From Alphaproteobacteria bacterium (GTDB lineage Bacteria; Pseudomonadota; Alphaproteobacteria; JAAXGF01): a stretch of DNA of 64,000 nt. Where the stretch lies: contig CAUVXB020000002.1 of NCBI GenBank assembly GCA_963555825.3, positions 1,408,001 through 1,472,000 of the forward strand, written 5' to 3'. The translations under genes and the position numbers were made by a program. Positions 31,688-42,987 of this stretch are shown here, piece by piece. The notes under the pieces are model-generated. The model did not search any database, was not told the origin of the DNA, and saw only the letters and a program-made list of their open reading frames with translations. Numbering within the stretch: position 1 is the stretch's first letter; each line of letters opens with the position of its first letter.

Positions 31688-33151
31688 ATGAGCGATCCCC
31701 CGCCCCTTGCGGCGCGCGTCGCCGAGCTGAACCAGAGCCGCGTGCTGTGCATCGGCGACGTCATGCTCGACCGTTTCGTCTACGGCACGGTCAGCCGCAT
31801 CTCGCCCGAGGCGCCGATCCCGGTGTTCCAGATCGAACGCGAAACCGCGGTGCCGGGCGGCGCCGGCAATGTGGTGCGCAACGTGACGGCACTGGGCGCC
31901 GGCGCCTGCTTCATCACAGTGGTCGGCGACGATGCCGTCGGCCACCAGCTGACCGCGGCGATCGGCGACGGCGACGGTGTCGAGCCTTACCTGCTGATCG
32001 AGCGCCAACGCCGCACGACGCTCAAGACCCGCTACATCGCCGACGGCCAGCAGCTGTTGCGCGCCGACGACGAGACGACCGCGCCGATCGCCGCCGAGAC
32101 CGCCGCCGAGATCGTCCGCATCGCCGGCGACATGATGGCCGGCTGCGACGTGGTGGTGCTGTCGGACTATGCCAAGGGCGTGCTGACCGCCGAGGTCGCG
32201 CAAGCGGTTATCGGCGCCGCCAACGCGGCCGGCAAGCCGGTCGTCGTCGATCCCAAGGGCGACGACTACACGCGCTACCGGGGCGCCACGCTGCTGACGC
32301 CGAACCGCGGCGAGCTGGCGGCGGCGAGCGGCCGGCCCGCCGACGACGACGCGGCGGTCGCCGTGGCCGCGGCGGCGCTGATTGCGACCTGCGGCGTCGA
32401 GGCCGTGCTGGCGACGCGCGGCAAGGACGGCATGTCGCTGGTCGCCGGCGACGACGAGGCGCTGCATCTGCAGGCCGCGGCGCGCGAGGTCTACGACGTC
32501 TCGGGCGCCGGCGACACGGTGATCGCGACGCTCGCCGCCGCGCTCGGCCGCGGCGTGCCGATGGCCGACGCCGCCCGGCTGGCCAACTACGCCGCCGGCA
32601 TCGTGGTCGGCAAGGTCGGCACGGCGGTGGTCTACGCCGACGACCTGCTGCACGCGATCCACGCCAAGGAGTGGACGGCGATCGAAGCCAAGATCGTCAC
32701 CCTGGCGGGCGCCGCCGAGCGCGTCGCGCGCTGGCGCGCGCGGGGTCTGCGCATCGCCTTCACCAACGGCTGCTTCGACCTTCTGCACCCGGGCCACATC
32801 GCGCTGATCGGCCAAGCCAGGGCGGCCGGCGACCGGCTCATCGTCGGCCTCAACTCCGATGCGTCGGTGACGCGCCTCAAGGGCGAGGACCGGCCGATCC
32901 AGGGCGAACAGGCGCGCGCCCAGGTGCTCGCCTCGCTGGCCGACGTCGATCTTGTCGTGGTCTACGAAGAAGACACGCCGATGGCGCTCTTGGAGGCGCT
33001 CAGGCCCGACGCGCTGGTCAAGGGCGCCGACTACAGCCGCGCCGAGGTGGTCGGCGGCGACCTGGTCGAGGGCTACGGCGGCACGGTCGTGCTCGCCGAA
33101 CTCACCCCCGGCCACTCGACGACCGAGACGATCGAGCGCATCGCGCGGTAG
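31688..33151 (+). CDS. hldE: Bifunctional heptose-7-phosphate kinase/heptose-1-phosphate adenylyltransferase
   Basis: Motifs RISPEAP, DVSGAGDT and FTNGCFDLLHPGH. Confidence 0.96.
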   Translation: MSDPPPLAARVAELNQSRVLCIGDVMLDRFVYGTVSRISPEAPIPVFQIERETAVPGGAGNVVRNVTALGAGACFITVVGDDAVGHQLTAAIGDGDGVEPYLLIERQRRTTLKTRYIADGQQLLRADDETTAPIAAETAAEIVRIAGDMMAGCDVVVLSDYAKGVLTAEVAQAVIGAANAAGKPVVVDPKGDDYTRYRGATLLTPNRGELAAASGRPADDDAAVAVAAAALIATCGVEAVLATRGKDGMSLVAGDDEALHLQAAAREVYDVSGAGDTVIATLAAALGRGVPMADAARLANYAAGIVVGKVGTAVVYADDLLHAIHAKEWTAIEAKIVTLAGAAERVARWRARGLRIAFTNGCFDLLHPGHIALIGQARAAGDRLIVGLNSDASVTRLKGEDRPIQGEQARAQVLASLADVDLVVVYEEDTPMALLEALRPDALVKGADYSRAEVVGGDLVEGYGGTVVLAELTPGHSTTETIERIAR

Positions 33152-33304
33152 GGCGCTTGCCGGTCCCATTCGCCCAGCCAAATTCGACTAGCACGCGATG
33201 AGGCTGTGGGCTCTGACCCGACCTCCCTACAATCGCCCTGGCCCATCAGCGCTTGGGCATGAGCTCGGTTGCACGACGACGTTACGGCGAGACCGGAACC
33301 TTCG

Positions 33305-34111
33305 TTATTCGAAGTCGTGCATCCAGCCGCGAGCCTGCTGCTCACCCGCATCGCAGGGTGGACGAAGCCTTTCTGTGACGAGTCGCAGCAAGGGGTCTTG
33401 GGGCGCCATGCCGGCAATCTCCAGCAGCATCTTTCTTCGGATGGCGCGGGCGAAGTCCTTGAAGCCATCGGCGACGATGATGAATGAGCCGGGGCCGCCG
33501 ATGACGCAGTCCTCGTAATAGAGGTCGAGATTGGGCAGCGCCGGGAAGCCGTAAGTGGGTTCGGGACGATCGTTGACGATGGGCAGGCCGTTGATGACGA
33601 TGCCGCCGGCGACGGCGCGGTCGCGGGCCTCTACGACGTAGGCTCCTCTGTTGTTGGGCCCGTCGCCCGAGATGTCGATGATGCGCCGATATGCTTGAAA
33701 CCCATTGTCATCGAATCTGCGGGCCGCATAAGTGATCGCGGTGCTGATAGAGGTCCAATCCAAGGCCCTCAGCGCGGACCGCTCGATTGCCTCGGAAAAC
33801 GCGGTGGCGCTCTTCTCGCCGCCCACCTCGGTCCAGTCCACAAGCATGTTCTGGTAGTGGTCATCGGCCCACTCGATGTAAGCGATGGCGATGCGACCGA
33901 GCGGTCCCGACTGGATCGCCTCGATCACCCGGGGATGGCGGATGGCCAGGGCGAAACCGCGGCGCTGCAGGGCCGCTTCCTCGAGGTCCATGCTGGTGGA
34001 GATGTCGGCCGCCAGCACCAGCTCGAGGTCGACCTCGCGTTGCGCCGCCATCGCCCAGTTACATGTGACCATGAGGCACGCGCCGGCAGCGATCAGCACA
34101 GGGCTGATCAA
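33305..34111 (-). CDS. DUF1194 (vWA-like) secreted protein
   Basis: Motifs VDLELVLAADISTS, IDISGDGPNN and VIGGPGSF; TTG start with signal peptide inferred. Confidence 0.85.
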   Translation of the reverse strand: MISPVLIAAGACLMVTCNWAMAAQREVDLELVLAADISTSMDLEEAALQRRGFALAIRHPRVIEAIQSGPLGRIAIAYIEWADDHYQNMLVDWTEVGGEKSATAFSEAIERSALRALDWTSISTAITYAARRFDDNGFQAYRRIIDISGDGPNNRGAYVVEARDRAVAGGIVINGLPIVNDRPEPTYGFPALPNLDLYYEDCVIGGPGSFIIVADGFKDFARAIRRKMLLEIAGMAPQDPLLRLVTERLRPPCDAGEQQARGWMHDFE

Positions 34112-34361
34112 TGAACCCCTCTGTCGTTGCCGCCGCCGCCCATGTTGGCGTCGCCGAATCCCGACGCGAGGCAAGAGAACTCTTCGCGCAAGCCCCGCCG
34201 GCCCGAGCCCCGCATATTCAAAGTGGACGCCTGTTGCAAAGATCAGGCGCCGCATCGTTCCACCTCTTCATTGTTCGCGTGAAGTGCCGCCCCGAATGAT
34301 AAACGGGTTATCGCGTTAACGCCCTCATCGGGCCGACTCGGAATGTCGCAGGCGCGGCGCG

Positions 34362-35435
34362 TCAGTCGATCGGTTTGAAGACGCGAATCAGTTTGTTCTT
34401 GCCGCGGATTTCGAGTTCGCCGAGGGGTTCGACCACGCTTTGGTCGTTCAGCAATTCGACGGTCGATTCGGACATCAGGATGAGCGTGCCGTGCTCCTTG
34501 TTCATCTGCTCGAGGCGCGAGGCGAGGTTCACCGCGTCACCGTAGACCGTGTAATTGATCCGGTCGCCCGCGCCGACGTTGCCGGCGATCACGTCGCCGG
34601 TGTTGATGCCGATTCGCGTTCTCAGCTCGATGCCGGCGAATGTCCGCCCCTTGAGGACCTGCTGGATTTCCAATGCCGATTTGACGGCCATTTCCGCGTG
34701 CCGCGGATCCTCGACCGGGACGTTGAAGGTAACCAGCATGGCGTCGCCCTGGAACTGATTGACGACGCCGCCGTTTGCCGTAATCGGTTCGATCACAGCG
34801 GGGAAATACTCGCTCAGCATCTGCACCACCTGCTTGGGTGGGATGCTTTCCGCGGTGCCGGTGAAGTTCTCGATGTCGGAGAACAGTATGGTCGCCTTCA
34901 ACTGCTTGGGCTCGAGCGCCCCCTTGCTCGCGACGATCTGCTTGGCGACGCTTTCGGGGACGTATTTGCCGAAGATCTCGCGGATGAACTTGAGCTGCTC
35001 GACGACTTCGTCGCGCAGCCGCTTCTTCTCGAGACTGGCGCCGATGCGCGCGTTGAGCAGCACCGGGTCGAAGTCCTTCGGCAGATGGTCCTCGGCGCCC
35101 ATCTCGATACACTTCACGACGCTGTCCATTTCCTCGAGCGCCGAGATGACGATCACCGGCACGTCGCGCAATGTGGTGTCATCCTTCATTTCGCGCAGCA
35201 CCTGGAAGCCGTCGACCTCGGGCATCAGGATGTCGAGCAACACCAGATCGAAGAGCTCGGCGCGCAGCATTTCCAACGCCACGCGGCCATTTTCCGCCTC
35301 GCTTACGGTATGCCCCCGCTGGGTCAGGGCGCGGGAGAGTTTGAGCCGATTGATGCGGTTGTCGTCGACGACGAGGACATGGCCGAGCTTCCGGTCGGCG
35401 CCCGGTTCCGATGTCGTGACCGCCGGTTCGGTCAT
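34362..35435 (-). CDS. Response regulator-class III nucleotide cyclase (REC + CHD)
   Basis: REC motif DLVLLDILMP; cyclase motifs FSDIENFT, QFQGDA and YTVYGDAVNLASRLE. Confidence 0.92.
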   Translation of the reverse strand: MTEPAVTTSEPGADRKLGHVLVVDDNRINRLKLSRALTQRGHTVSEAENGRVALEMLRAELFDLVLLDILMPEVDGFQVLREMKDDTTLRDVPVIVISALEEMDSVVKCIEMGAEDHLPKDFDPVLLNARIGASLEKKRLRDEVVEQLKFIREIFGKYVPESVAKQIVASKGALEPKQLKATILFSDIENFTGTAESIPPKQVVQMLSEYFPAVIEPITANGGVVNQFQGDAMLVTFNVPVEDPRHAEMAVKSALEIQQVLKGRTFAGIELRTRIGINTGDVIAGNVGAGDRINYTVYGDAVNLASRLEQMNKEHGTLILMSESTVELLNDQSVVEPLGELEIRGKNKLIRVFKPID

Positions 35436-35818
35436 TGCGCCGACTTGTCGAGTATCTTTCGGACGCGGTCTTGCAAGACAGCGGGTTCCACGGATTTGCT
35501 CAGAAAATCGTCGGCGCCCGCCGCCATGCACCGCTCAACGCTTTTCATGTCTTCCAGCCCCGAGATGACGATCACCGGGATATCGCGCAAGCCCGCGTCG
35601 CCCTTCATCTCGCGCAGCACTTGGAAGCCGTCGACCTCGGGCATCAAAATATCGAGCAACACCAAGTCGTAAGCCCCGGACCGGAGCATGTCCAACGCCG
35701 CGCGGCCGCCGTCCGCCTGGCTCACGCTATAGCCGCCGCCTTCAAGCGTGCGCGCTAGCTTGAGCCGGTTCATGCGGTTGTCATCGACCGCGAGGATATG
35801 GATCGGTTGGTCGGTCAT
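35432..35818 (-). CDS. Single-domain response regulator
   Basis: Motifs ILAVDD, DLVLLDILMPEVDG and GADDFLSK. Confidence 0.9.
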   Translation of the reverse strand: MTDQPIHILAVDDNRMNRLKLARTLEGGGYSVSQADGGRAALDMLRSGAYDLVLLDILMPEVDGFQVLREMKGDAGLRDIPVIVISGLEDMKSVERCMAAGADDFLSKSVEPAVLQDRVRKILDKSAQ

Positions 35819-35862
35819 GAGTTCATTCCGTTGCCGCATTCATTTACGGTGAGATTGTCCGG

Positions 35863-36240
35863 CTAGTCCCCGAGGGCCTTGGCGACGCACGCGTTGAGCG
35901 TCGCCGCGTCGACCGGTTTGGTCAGGTAGTCCTCGGCCCCCATCGTCATGCACTTCTCGACGTCTTCGGGGTTCTCGACCGCCGAGATGATGACAACCGG
36001 AATGTCGCGCGTCGCCTGGTCGGCCTTCATCTGCTCGAGCACCGCGTAACCGTCGACCTCCGGCATCAATATGTCGAGCAACACCAGATCGAATCGCTCG
36101 GATCGGAGCATGTCCAACGCCGCGCGACCGCCGGCCGCCTCGTTTACGGCAAAGCCGCCGCCCTCGAGGTCCCGGGCCAGCTTGAGACGTGTTTGTCGGT
36201 CGTCATCGACGAGAAGTATGCGACCGCTATTTTCAGTCAT
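35863..36240 (-). CDS. Single-domain response regulator
   Basis: Motifs ILLVDD, DLVLLDILMPEVDG and GAEDYLTKP. Confidence 0.9.
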   Translation of the reverse strand: MTENSGRILLVDDDRQTRLKLARDLEGGGFAVNEAAGGRAALDMLRSERFDLVLLDILMPEVDGYAVLEQMKADQATRDIPVVIISAVENPEDVEKCMTMGAEDYLTKPVDAATLNACVAKALGD

Positions 36241-38690
36241 TGTTTGCTCCGAATTTCAGGTTGTCCACGCGAGCATCCCGGTGCCGACGCGGTTTTCGCC
36301 ATACGTCGGTTCATACTTCGCTGCGCAGCGTCTTGAGTGCCGTCTCGACCGCCGCGTATTCCGACGCCGCCCGGGACACAAGGTTGTCCGCGCCATCGAG
36401 CTCGCCCATTTTCCCAAGCAACTCGGCCTGCTTGCACAGCTCGCGCAGCGTTTCGGCGCCGAAGTCGGCGCTGTTCGACTTGAGGCTATGGGCGGCGAGG
36501 CGCAAGTCCGCCGCGTTGCCCTGATCGACGCCCTTGCGCATATTCGCCACCAGATCGGGGGCGTCCTCGAGAAATGTATCGATGATTTCCGCCATGAATT
36601 CCTTGTCGCCGCCGGTCAGCTTCTCGAGGCTTTCGCGCAGCGTCGCTCCGAGCTCATCGGCGGCCGTGTCGGCCGCGCTTGCATCGGCGCCGCCCGCGTC
36701 GCCGACCGGGTCCGCTTGCGGCGCGTGTGATGGCATCTTGCCGTATATCTCGGAGTCCCATTTGACGTCGATGAGCGGACGACATTGGTGCAGCGCTTCG
36801 ATCAGCCTCTCGGTGCGAATCGGTTTGCTGACGTAGTCGTTCATCCCGGCTTCCAGGCACATTTCCCGATCGCCTTGCATGGCGTTCGCCGTCATCGCGA
36901 TGATGCGCGGCCGTTTCTCGACCGGCCACTCCGCAACGATATGTCCGGTCGCCTCCAAGCCGTCCATATCCGGCATCTGGACGTCCATCAGCACGACGTC
37001 GTAAGGCTGCCGCCGCAGCGCGTCCAACGTCTCGAACCCGTTGCCCGCGACGTCTGCGCGATAGCCGAGCCGCGCGAGCAAACGTATGCCGAGCTTCTGG
37101 TTGATGGCATTGTCCTCGGCCAACAGGATGCGCAGCGGCAGTTGTTCCGCCATCTCCCTGTCGAACGACGACACGGTCTGAATTGTTCGCCGCATGCCGC
37201 GCCCGTCTTCATCGCCGAATATTTCGGCAAGCACGTCGAACAGCTGCGACGGCTTGATCGGCTTGGCGAGTGTTGCGGCGAACGCGACGGGTTCGTCTTC
37301 GGCGTGACGCGTCGCCTCGCGCTCGGACAGCGAGGACAGCATCACCAAGGGGAAGTCGCCGACGCCCTCGGCACCGCTCGCCATGTCGGCGCTCACCCGG
37401 CGAATCTCACTTGCCAGCGTCAGACCGTCCATCTCGGGCATCTCCATATCGAGCAGCCCGATCGCGAATCGCTCGCCGGATCGGAGCCATGACAGCGCCT
37501 CGTTGGCGGACGCGGTCGCGCGCGGCACCATGCCCCAGGATTCGGTTTGCAGCGTCAGGATTCGCCGGTTGGTCTCGTTGTCGTCGACGATCAGGACCCG
37601 CTTGCCGTCCAAGTCGGGCTGCGTCTCGTGCAGATAATCATACGTGGCGTCGGGCGCGCCCGAGGCGTGGATGGTGAAATGAAACTCGGAGCCCTGCCCG
37701 GGTATGCCTTGGCTTGTTACCCACATGGCGCCGCCCATCAACTCGCAGAGTTGCTTGCTGATGGTCAGGCCCAACCCGGTGCCGCCGTAGCGGCGCGCCG
37801 TCGACGCGTCGACTTGGCTGAACGACACGAACAGCCGGTCCATGCGGTCCGCAGGAATGCCGATGCCGGTGTCCTTGACGACGAAGTGCAGCTCGTAGTT
37901 CTGCTCCTCGGGCGCCTCGCCCCCGCCGTCGAGCGGACGGCAGGTGAGCGACAGCACGACCTCGCCCACCTCGGTGAACTTGAGCGCGTTGTTCAACAGG
38001 TTGATCAGGATCTGGCGCAACCGGGTGACGTCGCCGACGACCGATTCGGGCATGTCGCCCTCGACGATGTACGCCAGGCTAATGCCCTTCGTCGCCGCCT
38101 CGTTGGTCAGCAGGTCGATCGCGCTCTCGAGGCAGTCGCGCATCGCGAAGGGCTGATTTTCGAGCTCCAGGCGGCCCGCTTCTATCTTCGAGAAATCGAG
38201 GATGGCATTGATGATGGTCAGCAGGGACTCGCCGCTCTCGCGAATGATTTCGGCGAACTCGCGTTACTCGGAATCCAGGCTGGTATCGAGCAGCAGGCCC
38301 GACATGCCGATGACGCCGTTCATGGGCGTGCGGATTTCATGGCTCATGGTCGCCAGGAATTCGCTCTTGGCGCGGCTCGCCGCCTCGGCCTCTTCCTCTC
38401 TTTGCTTGAGTTCGGTGATGTCGGTGTAGACCGCGACAGTGCCGCCGGTTTCGGTCTTGCGCTCGCTGATGCGGATCCAACTGCCGTCCTGGCGCAGCTG
38501 GAGGTGTGGCTCGTCGGGGTTGCGGTGCTGTGCGACGCGCTGGGCAACCCATTCGTCGATGCGACCCTCGGCATCGCGAATCAGGCCTTGTTCGGCGGCG
38601 GCCCGGATGATCGACTCGAATGGTGAGGTGGTCCCAGAAAATCGGACAGGGAGCTAAGGTGTATTCCACCGGATAACGGAGGAATACGAG

Positions 38691-38972
38691 ATGACGAATC
38701 GACGCCGGTTTACGGCGGAATTCAAGGCCCGGGTGGCGCTGGAAGCGCTGCGGGGCGACAAGACGATCCAGCAGATCGCGGCCAAGCACAAGGTGCATCC
38801 GAACCAGGTGAGCGCCTGGAAGCGCCAGGCGGTGGACGGTCTGGGCGAAGTGTTTTCGAACGGCGCCAACCGCGCTTGCCGGGATCATGAATCCGAGGTC
38901 CGCGACCTTCACGCCAAGATCGGCGAGCTGACGGTGGAACGGGATTTTTTAGCCAGAGGGCTCAAGCGATGA
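38691..38972 (+). CDS. IS3 transposase OrfA
   Basis: RRRFTAEFKARVALEAL HTH; KIGELTVERDFL. Confidence 0.9.
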   Translation: MTNRRRFTAEFKARVALEALRGDKTIQQIAAKHKVHPNQVSAWKRQAVDGLGEVFSNGANRACRDHESEVRDLHAKIGELTVERDFLARGLKR

Positions 38973-41076
38973 GCCGGGGGGAGCGCAAGGCGATGATCAC
39001 ACGCGACGCCCCCGAGCTGAGCTTGAGCCGTCAATGCCGCCTGCTTTCGATCGGCCGGTCCTCGTTCTATTATGCGCCCAGGGGGGAGAGCCCTTCGAGT
39101 CTGGCGCTGATGCGTCGGATCGACGAGTTGTTCATGAAGTACCCGTTCTACGGCAGCCGCCAGATGGTCCGCCAGTTGCGGCGGGACGGCGTTTGCGTCG
39201 GCCGTCACCGGGTTCGCAGGTTGATGCGATTGATAGGCCTGGAGGCGATCTATCAGGCGCCGAGAACCAGCGTGCCGCATCCCATGCACCGGATTTATCC
39301 TTATCTTCTCAAAGGGATGGCTATCGACCAGCCCAATCGGGTCTGGTGCGCCGACATCACCTATATCCCCGTCCAGCGTGGCTTTCTGTACCTGGTAGCG
39401 ATCATGGACTGGGCGACGCGCCACGTTTTATCCTGGCGGCTGTCGAACACCATGGACGCTGGATTCTGCGCCGAGGCCTTGGGCGACGCGCTGGCCCGCT
39501 ACGGCCAGCCGGAGATATTCAATACGGATCAGGGCAGCCAGTTCACCAGCCTCGACTTCACCGGCGTGCTCAAGAACGCGAGCATCCGCATCTCCATGGA
39601 CGGTCGGGGCCGCTGCATGGACAACATCTTCATCGAGCGCCTGTGGCGGTCTCTCAAGTATGATACCAGTGAGCGCCTGAATTGACTCTCGGGATATTCA
39701 TTGATGGCGGATGATGGCGGATTGTGATTCTATGGTCTCCCACCAGATGTGGGGGATGTCATGGGATCAGCACTCAAGATACGGGATGATTTGACGCCTT
39801 TGGAGCTTCGGCGCTGGGCTCGCGTGGAATCGTACGGTCGAGCGGCGGCGCGGGCCTATGGGATCGCGAATGCTTTGGAGGAGATGCCCCGGGCTGATGC
39901 CGCGCGGCTTGCGGGGATGGATCGCCAAACGCTTCGCGACGCGGTTGTTCGTTACAATGCAAAGGGATTGGAGGGGCTTCACGACCGTCCAAAGGGCTAC
40001 TCGCCGCGGCGGCTGACGGCAGACGAGGAAGCGGCGCTGGCGGCGGTCATCATCGCCGGGCCGGAGCCTGAGCGCGACGGGGTTTGCGCCTGGACCCGGG
40101 CCGATCTGTGCCGCTGGCTGGAGGAGCGCTTCGCCAAGACCTACCACCCCTCGAGCATGACCCGGGTTCTACGGCGGATGGGATTTTCCCGCCAGAAGGC
40201 GCGCCCGAGCCACCCGCGAAGGGACGCCGAAGCGCAGGAGCGCTTCAAAAAAGGGGGCTTCGCGACATCCTGAAGGCGACCGCCGCGGCGCATCCCGACA
40301 AGCGCCTACAGCTGTGGTTTCAGGATGAAGCGCGCGTCGGCAACAAGGGCCGGGTGTGTCACCGGTGGTGGCGCAGGGGCGAGCGTGCCCCCGGGACGCG
40401 TCAAATCGGCTACCAGTGGGCCTACATCTTCTCCGCCGTGCGCCCGGACACCGGCGACGACGTCACCCTGGTGATGCCGAGCGTCAACGCCAAGGTCATG
40501 GACCTGTTTCTCGCACACTTCGCCGATACCCTGGACCAGGATGCGCACGCCGTCATGATGTGCGACGGCGCCGGTTGGCACGACGAGCGCGCCCTCACCG
40601 TCCCCGACAACGTCACCTTGGCGCTGTTGCCGCCTTACAGTCCCGAACTCAACCCCGTCGAGCGGGTTTGGCTCTACCTACGCGAACGCTTCCTATCGCT
40701 CCGCGTCCTCGACGACACCGAGGCCATCATCGACGCCTGTTGCCAAGCATGGATCGACCTCATCGCAGAACCGGATCGTATGCGAACCCTCTGCGCCTAT
40801 CCATGGATCATGAAGGTGATTTCATAGGCTCACTGGTATGAGGCGGTCTACCTACACGAGCTCACCGACGGCTTCCACGCCGAACGGGTCATCGGCGAGT
40901 GGATCGGCTTCTACAACACCGAGCGGCCCCATTCGTCCCTCGACGGTCAAACGCCGGCCGAGGCCTACGGGGCCGGTCAACCTGTGGATATGATGGACAA
41001 GGCTCGCGCCTTGCCCACATCCCCACAGGCTCAACAACAGCGACAGGATGTGATAAAAAGGATTTTGGCAGCATGA
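38969..41076 (+). pseudogene. IS3 transposase OrfB, interrupted by IS630
   Basis: Motifs WCADITYI, NTDQGSQF and IERLWRSLKY|EAVYL..YNTERPHSSL. Confidence 0.9.
39664..40838 (+). mobile_element. IS630-family element, copy 2 (1175 bp)
   Basis: Ends TACCAGTGAG...CTCACTGGTA; flanked by TGA/TGA; transposase 39761-40827 translates identically to copy 1. Confidence 0.95.
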
Positions 41077-42075
41077 TCAAACAACGGAATACACCTTAAC
41101 CGCGCTGCCAAACTGTCCAACAAAGTGGGACCACCTCATGGTGCACCCTGCTGAACGACATCTGAAATGCTCGGGTACAGGAGAGTCTTATACCGGCTGT
41201 TGCAAACGACGAGGTTGTCATCGGCGTCGTATAGCGAGAATCCTTCGGAAATGCTTTCGATCGCGTTGGTCAGCCGGGTGCGGGCTTCGTTGATTTCGCG
41301 CAGATTCGCTTCCTCAAGCTCGACGGCGGTGTCGTGAAACACCTTGAGGGCGTCGGCCATGCCGGCAATTTCATCGGTGCCGCCGTACGGTATCTGGGCT
41401 TGGAGGTTGCCGCCGGCGATCTCGAGCATGCTGTTGCTCAACGCCGTCAGCCGCGCGACCAGGTTGCGCCCGACATAGAGCCAGACGATCAGGGTCGAGC
41501 TGACGATGCTGAGCACGACAACGGCGATCATGATGCCTGTGCTGACGCGCTGGATCGCGCCGGCCTCCAGGTTGGCGGTGTCGATGTCGCCCTTGGCGCG
41601 CGCCACGAGCCCGTCGACCGCCTCGGTCAGCCGGCGCGAAATGTCGGCGTTCGAGGCAAGCTGCCGCTTGGCCTCCAACAGCTGGTCGATTTCGCGTTTG
41701 CGGGCGAGAAAGAAACTGTCGCGTCCCTTCGTGAAGGACTCGAATTTTGCGGCTTGCTCAAGAAGATCGCGGCCGGTCTCGGGATCGAGCTCCTTCGCTA
41801 CCGCCTTGACCCCGCCGATCGACTTCTGCAGCAACAGCGAGAACGAGTCGAAATCGCACGACAAATCCAAGTCCGCATATTGCTGTTGTTCACATGCGGC
41901 GGCCTCGGCGGACGCGACTTTCAGCAGCGTGCCGTAGATGGCTGCCGCTTCCAATTGCGCGGTCTCGAGAGGCAAGACCAGATCTATCGTCGTCGACAAC
42001 TCGTTGGCCACGTCGCGCATTTGAACATCCGAGATGCCGGTGTATCGCACCCGGTTCCTTGGACACAAGTTTGTC

Positions 42076-42987
42076 TCATGCGGCGGGCCTGAGTGACATC
42101 GCGGTGTGCCACGCCTGACGAGCTTGAGCGGGGCTCAGGTAGCCGTTCTTCTCCACGATCCACTGGGCATTGTACTGTTCGACGAACCCGCGGACGGCGT
42201 TCCGCAGCTCCGCGATGTTGCGGTAGATGCGGCCATGGATGATCTGTTCCTTGAGCGTGCGATTGAACCTCTCGGCGACGCCGTTGGTCTGGGGCTGTTC
42301 GACGAAGGCGTAGGACGGCTGGATGCCCCAGAACTTGATCTGGTTGGTGAAGTGGTCCGACAGATACTGGGAGCCGTGATCCATCCGCAAGGCCAGCCCC
42401 CGCGCCGCACCGGCGGAGGTCGAGGCATACAGCCTCGCAAGCCCCATGGAGATCGGCTGAAGGGCGGCGAAGCGGTCGCCTCGCTTGCACACATGCCAGC
42501 CGACGCACTCGGCGTTCCAATGCTCGATGGCGGTGAATATCCAGCCCCAGCCGTCGTCCACCGTGAACACCCGAACGCCGTCCGTGCCCCACATGAGGTT
42601 GGGGGCATGGGTGATGATCTCACCGACATGGGGATTTCCGCCACGGCGGCGGCAGCGATGGGGCGAGAGCAGGTTGTTCTCGCGCATCACCCGGAGCCCC
42701 CGCTTGCGGGAAACACGGATGCCACGACAGACCCGAAGCCGAGCCCAGACCTTGCGGTGTCCCTCGCCCTCCCAGGGGGATGCCTCCAGGTCGGCCTCGA
42801 TGGCCACCAGCAGAGCCTCGTCCGAGATCGAGGGCTTCGGTCCCCGGCGCTTTGCTGGTGGGCGCTCAGCGGTGGCCTGCTGCCGGGATTTCATGGCGTA
42901 GAACGAGGAACGGGCAAAACCCCAGGCCGCACAGACCCGCTGGAGGCCGTAGGCCAAACCCGTGCCGGGAGAGGTGGCGGCACTCAT
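42076..42987 (-). CDS. IS3-family transposase OrfB (rve integrase core)
   Basis: Motifs WGTDG, DHGSQY and NGVAERFNRTLKE. Confidence 0.9.
   Translation of the reverse strand: MSAATSPGTGLAYGLQRVCAAWGFARSSFYAMKSRQQATAERPPAKRRGPKPSISDEALLVAIEADLEASPWEGEGHRKVWARLRVCRGIRVSRKRGLRVMRENNLLSPHRCRRRGGNPHVGEIITHAPNLMWGTDGVRVFTVDDGWGWIFTAIEHWNAECVGWHVCKRGDRFAALQPISMGLARLYASTSAGAARGLALRMDHGSQYLSDHFTNQIKFWGIQPSYAFVEQPQTNGVAERFNRTLKEQIIHGRIYRNIAELRNAVRGFVEQYNAQWIVEKNGYLSPAQARQAWHTAMSLRPAA

Larger units (their letters stand above)
38624..41138 (+). mobile_element. IS3-family element carrying a nested IS630
   Basis: IRs TGAGGTGGTCCCAGAAAATCGGACAG and TGAGGTGGTCCCACTTTGTTGGACAG; TGG direct repeat. Confidence 0.93.
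36311..42040 (-). pseudogene. Hybrid sensor kinase (periplasmic sensor-TM-HAMP-PAS-HisKA-HATPase-REC-REC-Hpt), disrupted
   Basis: Frame is continuous across the IS3 site (QGAP|FESII); H-box [15 protein letters not shown]; in-frame TAA at 38264-38266; Hpt motif AHSLKSNS; N-terminus lost at 42041. Confidence 0.9.

Noticed and set aside
22981-40838. Composite transposon bounded by the two IS630 copies
   Set aside because: Each copy has its own target duplication and restorable empty site, and the enclosed DNA includes core genes, so these are independent insertions
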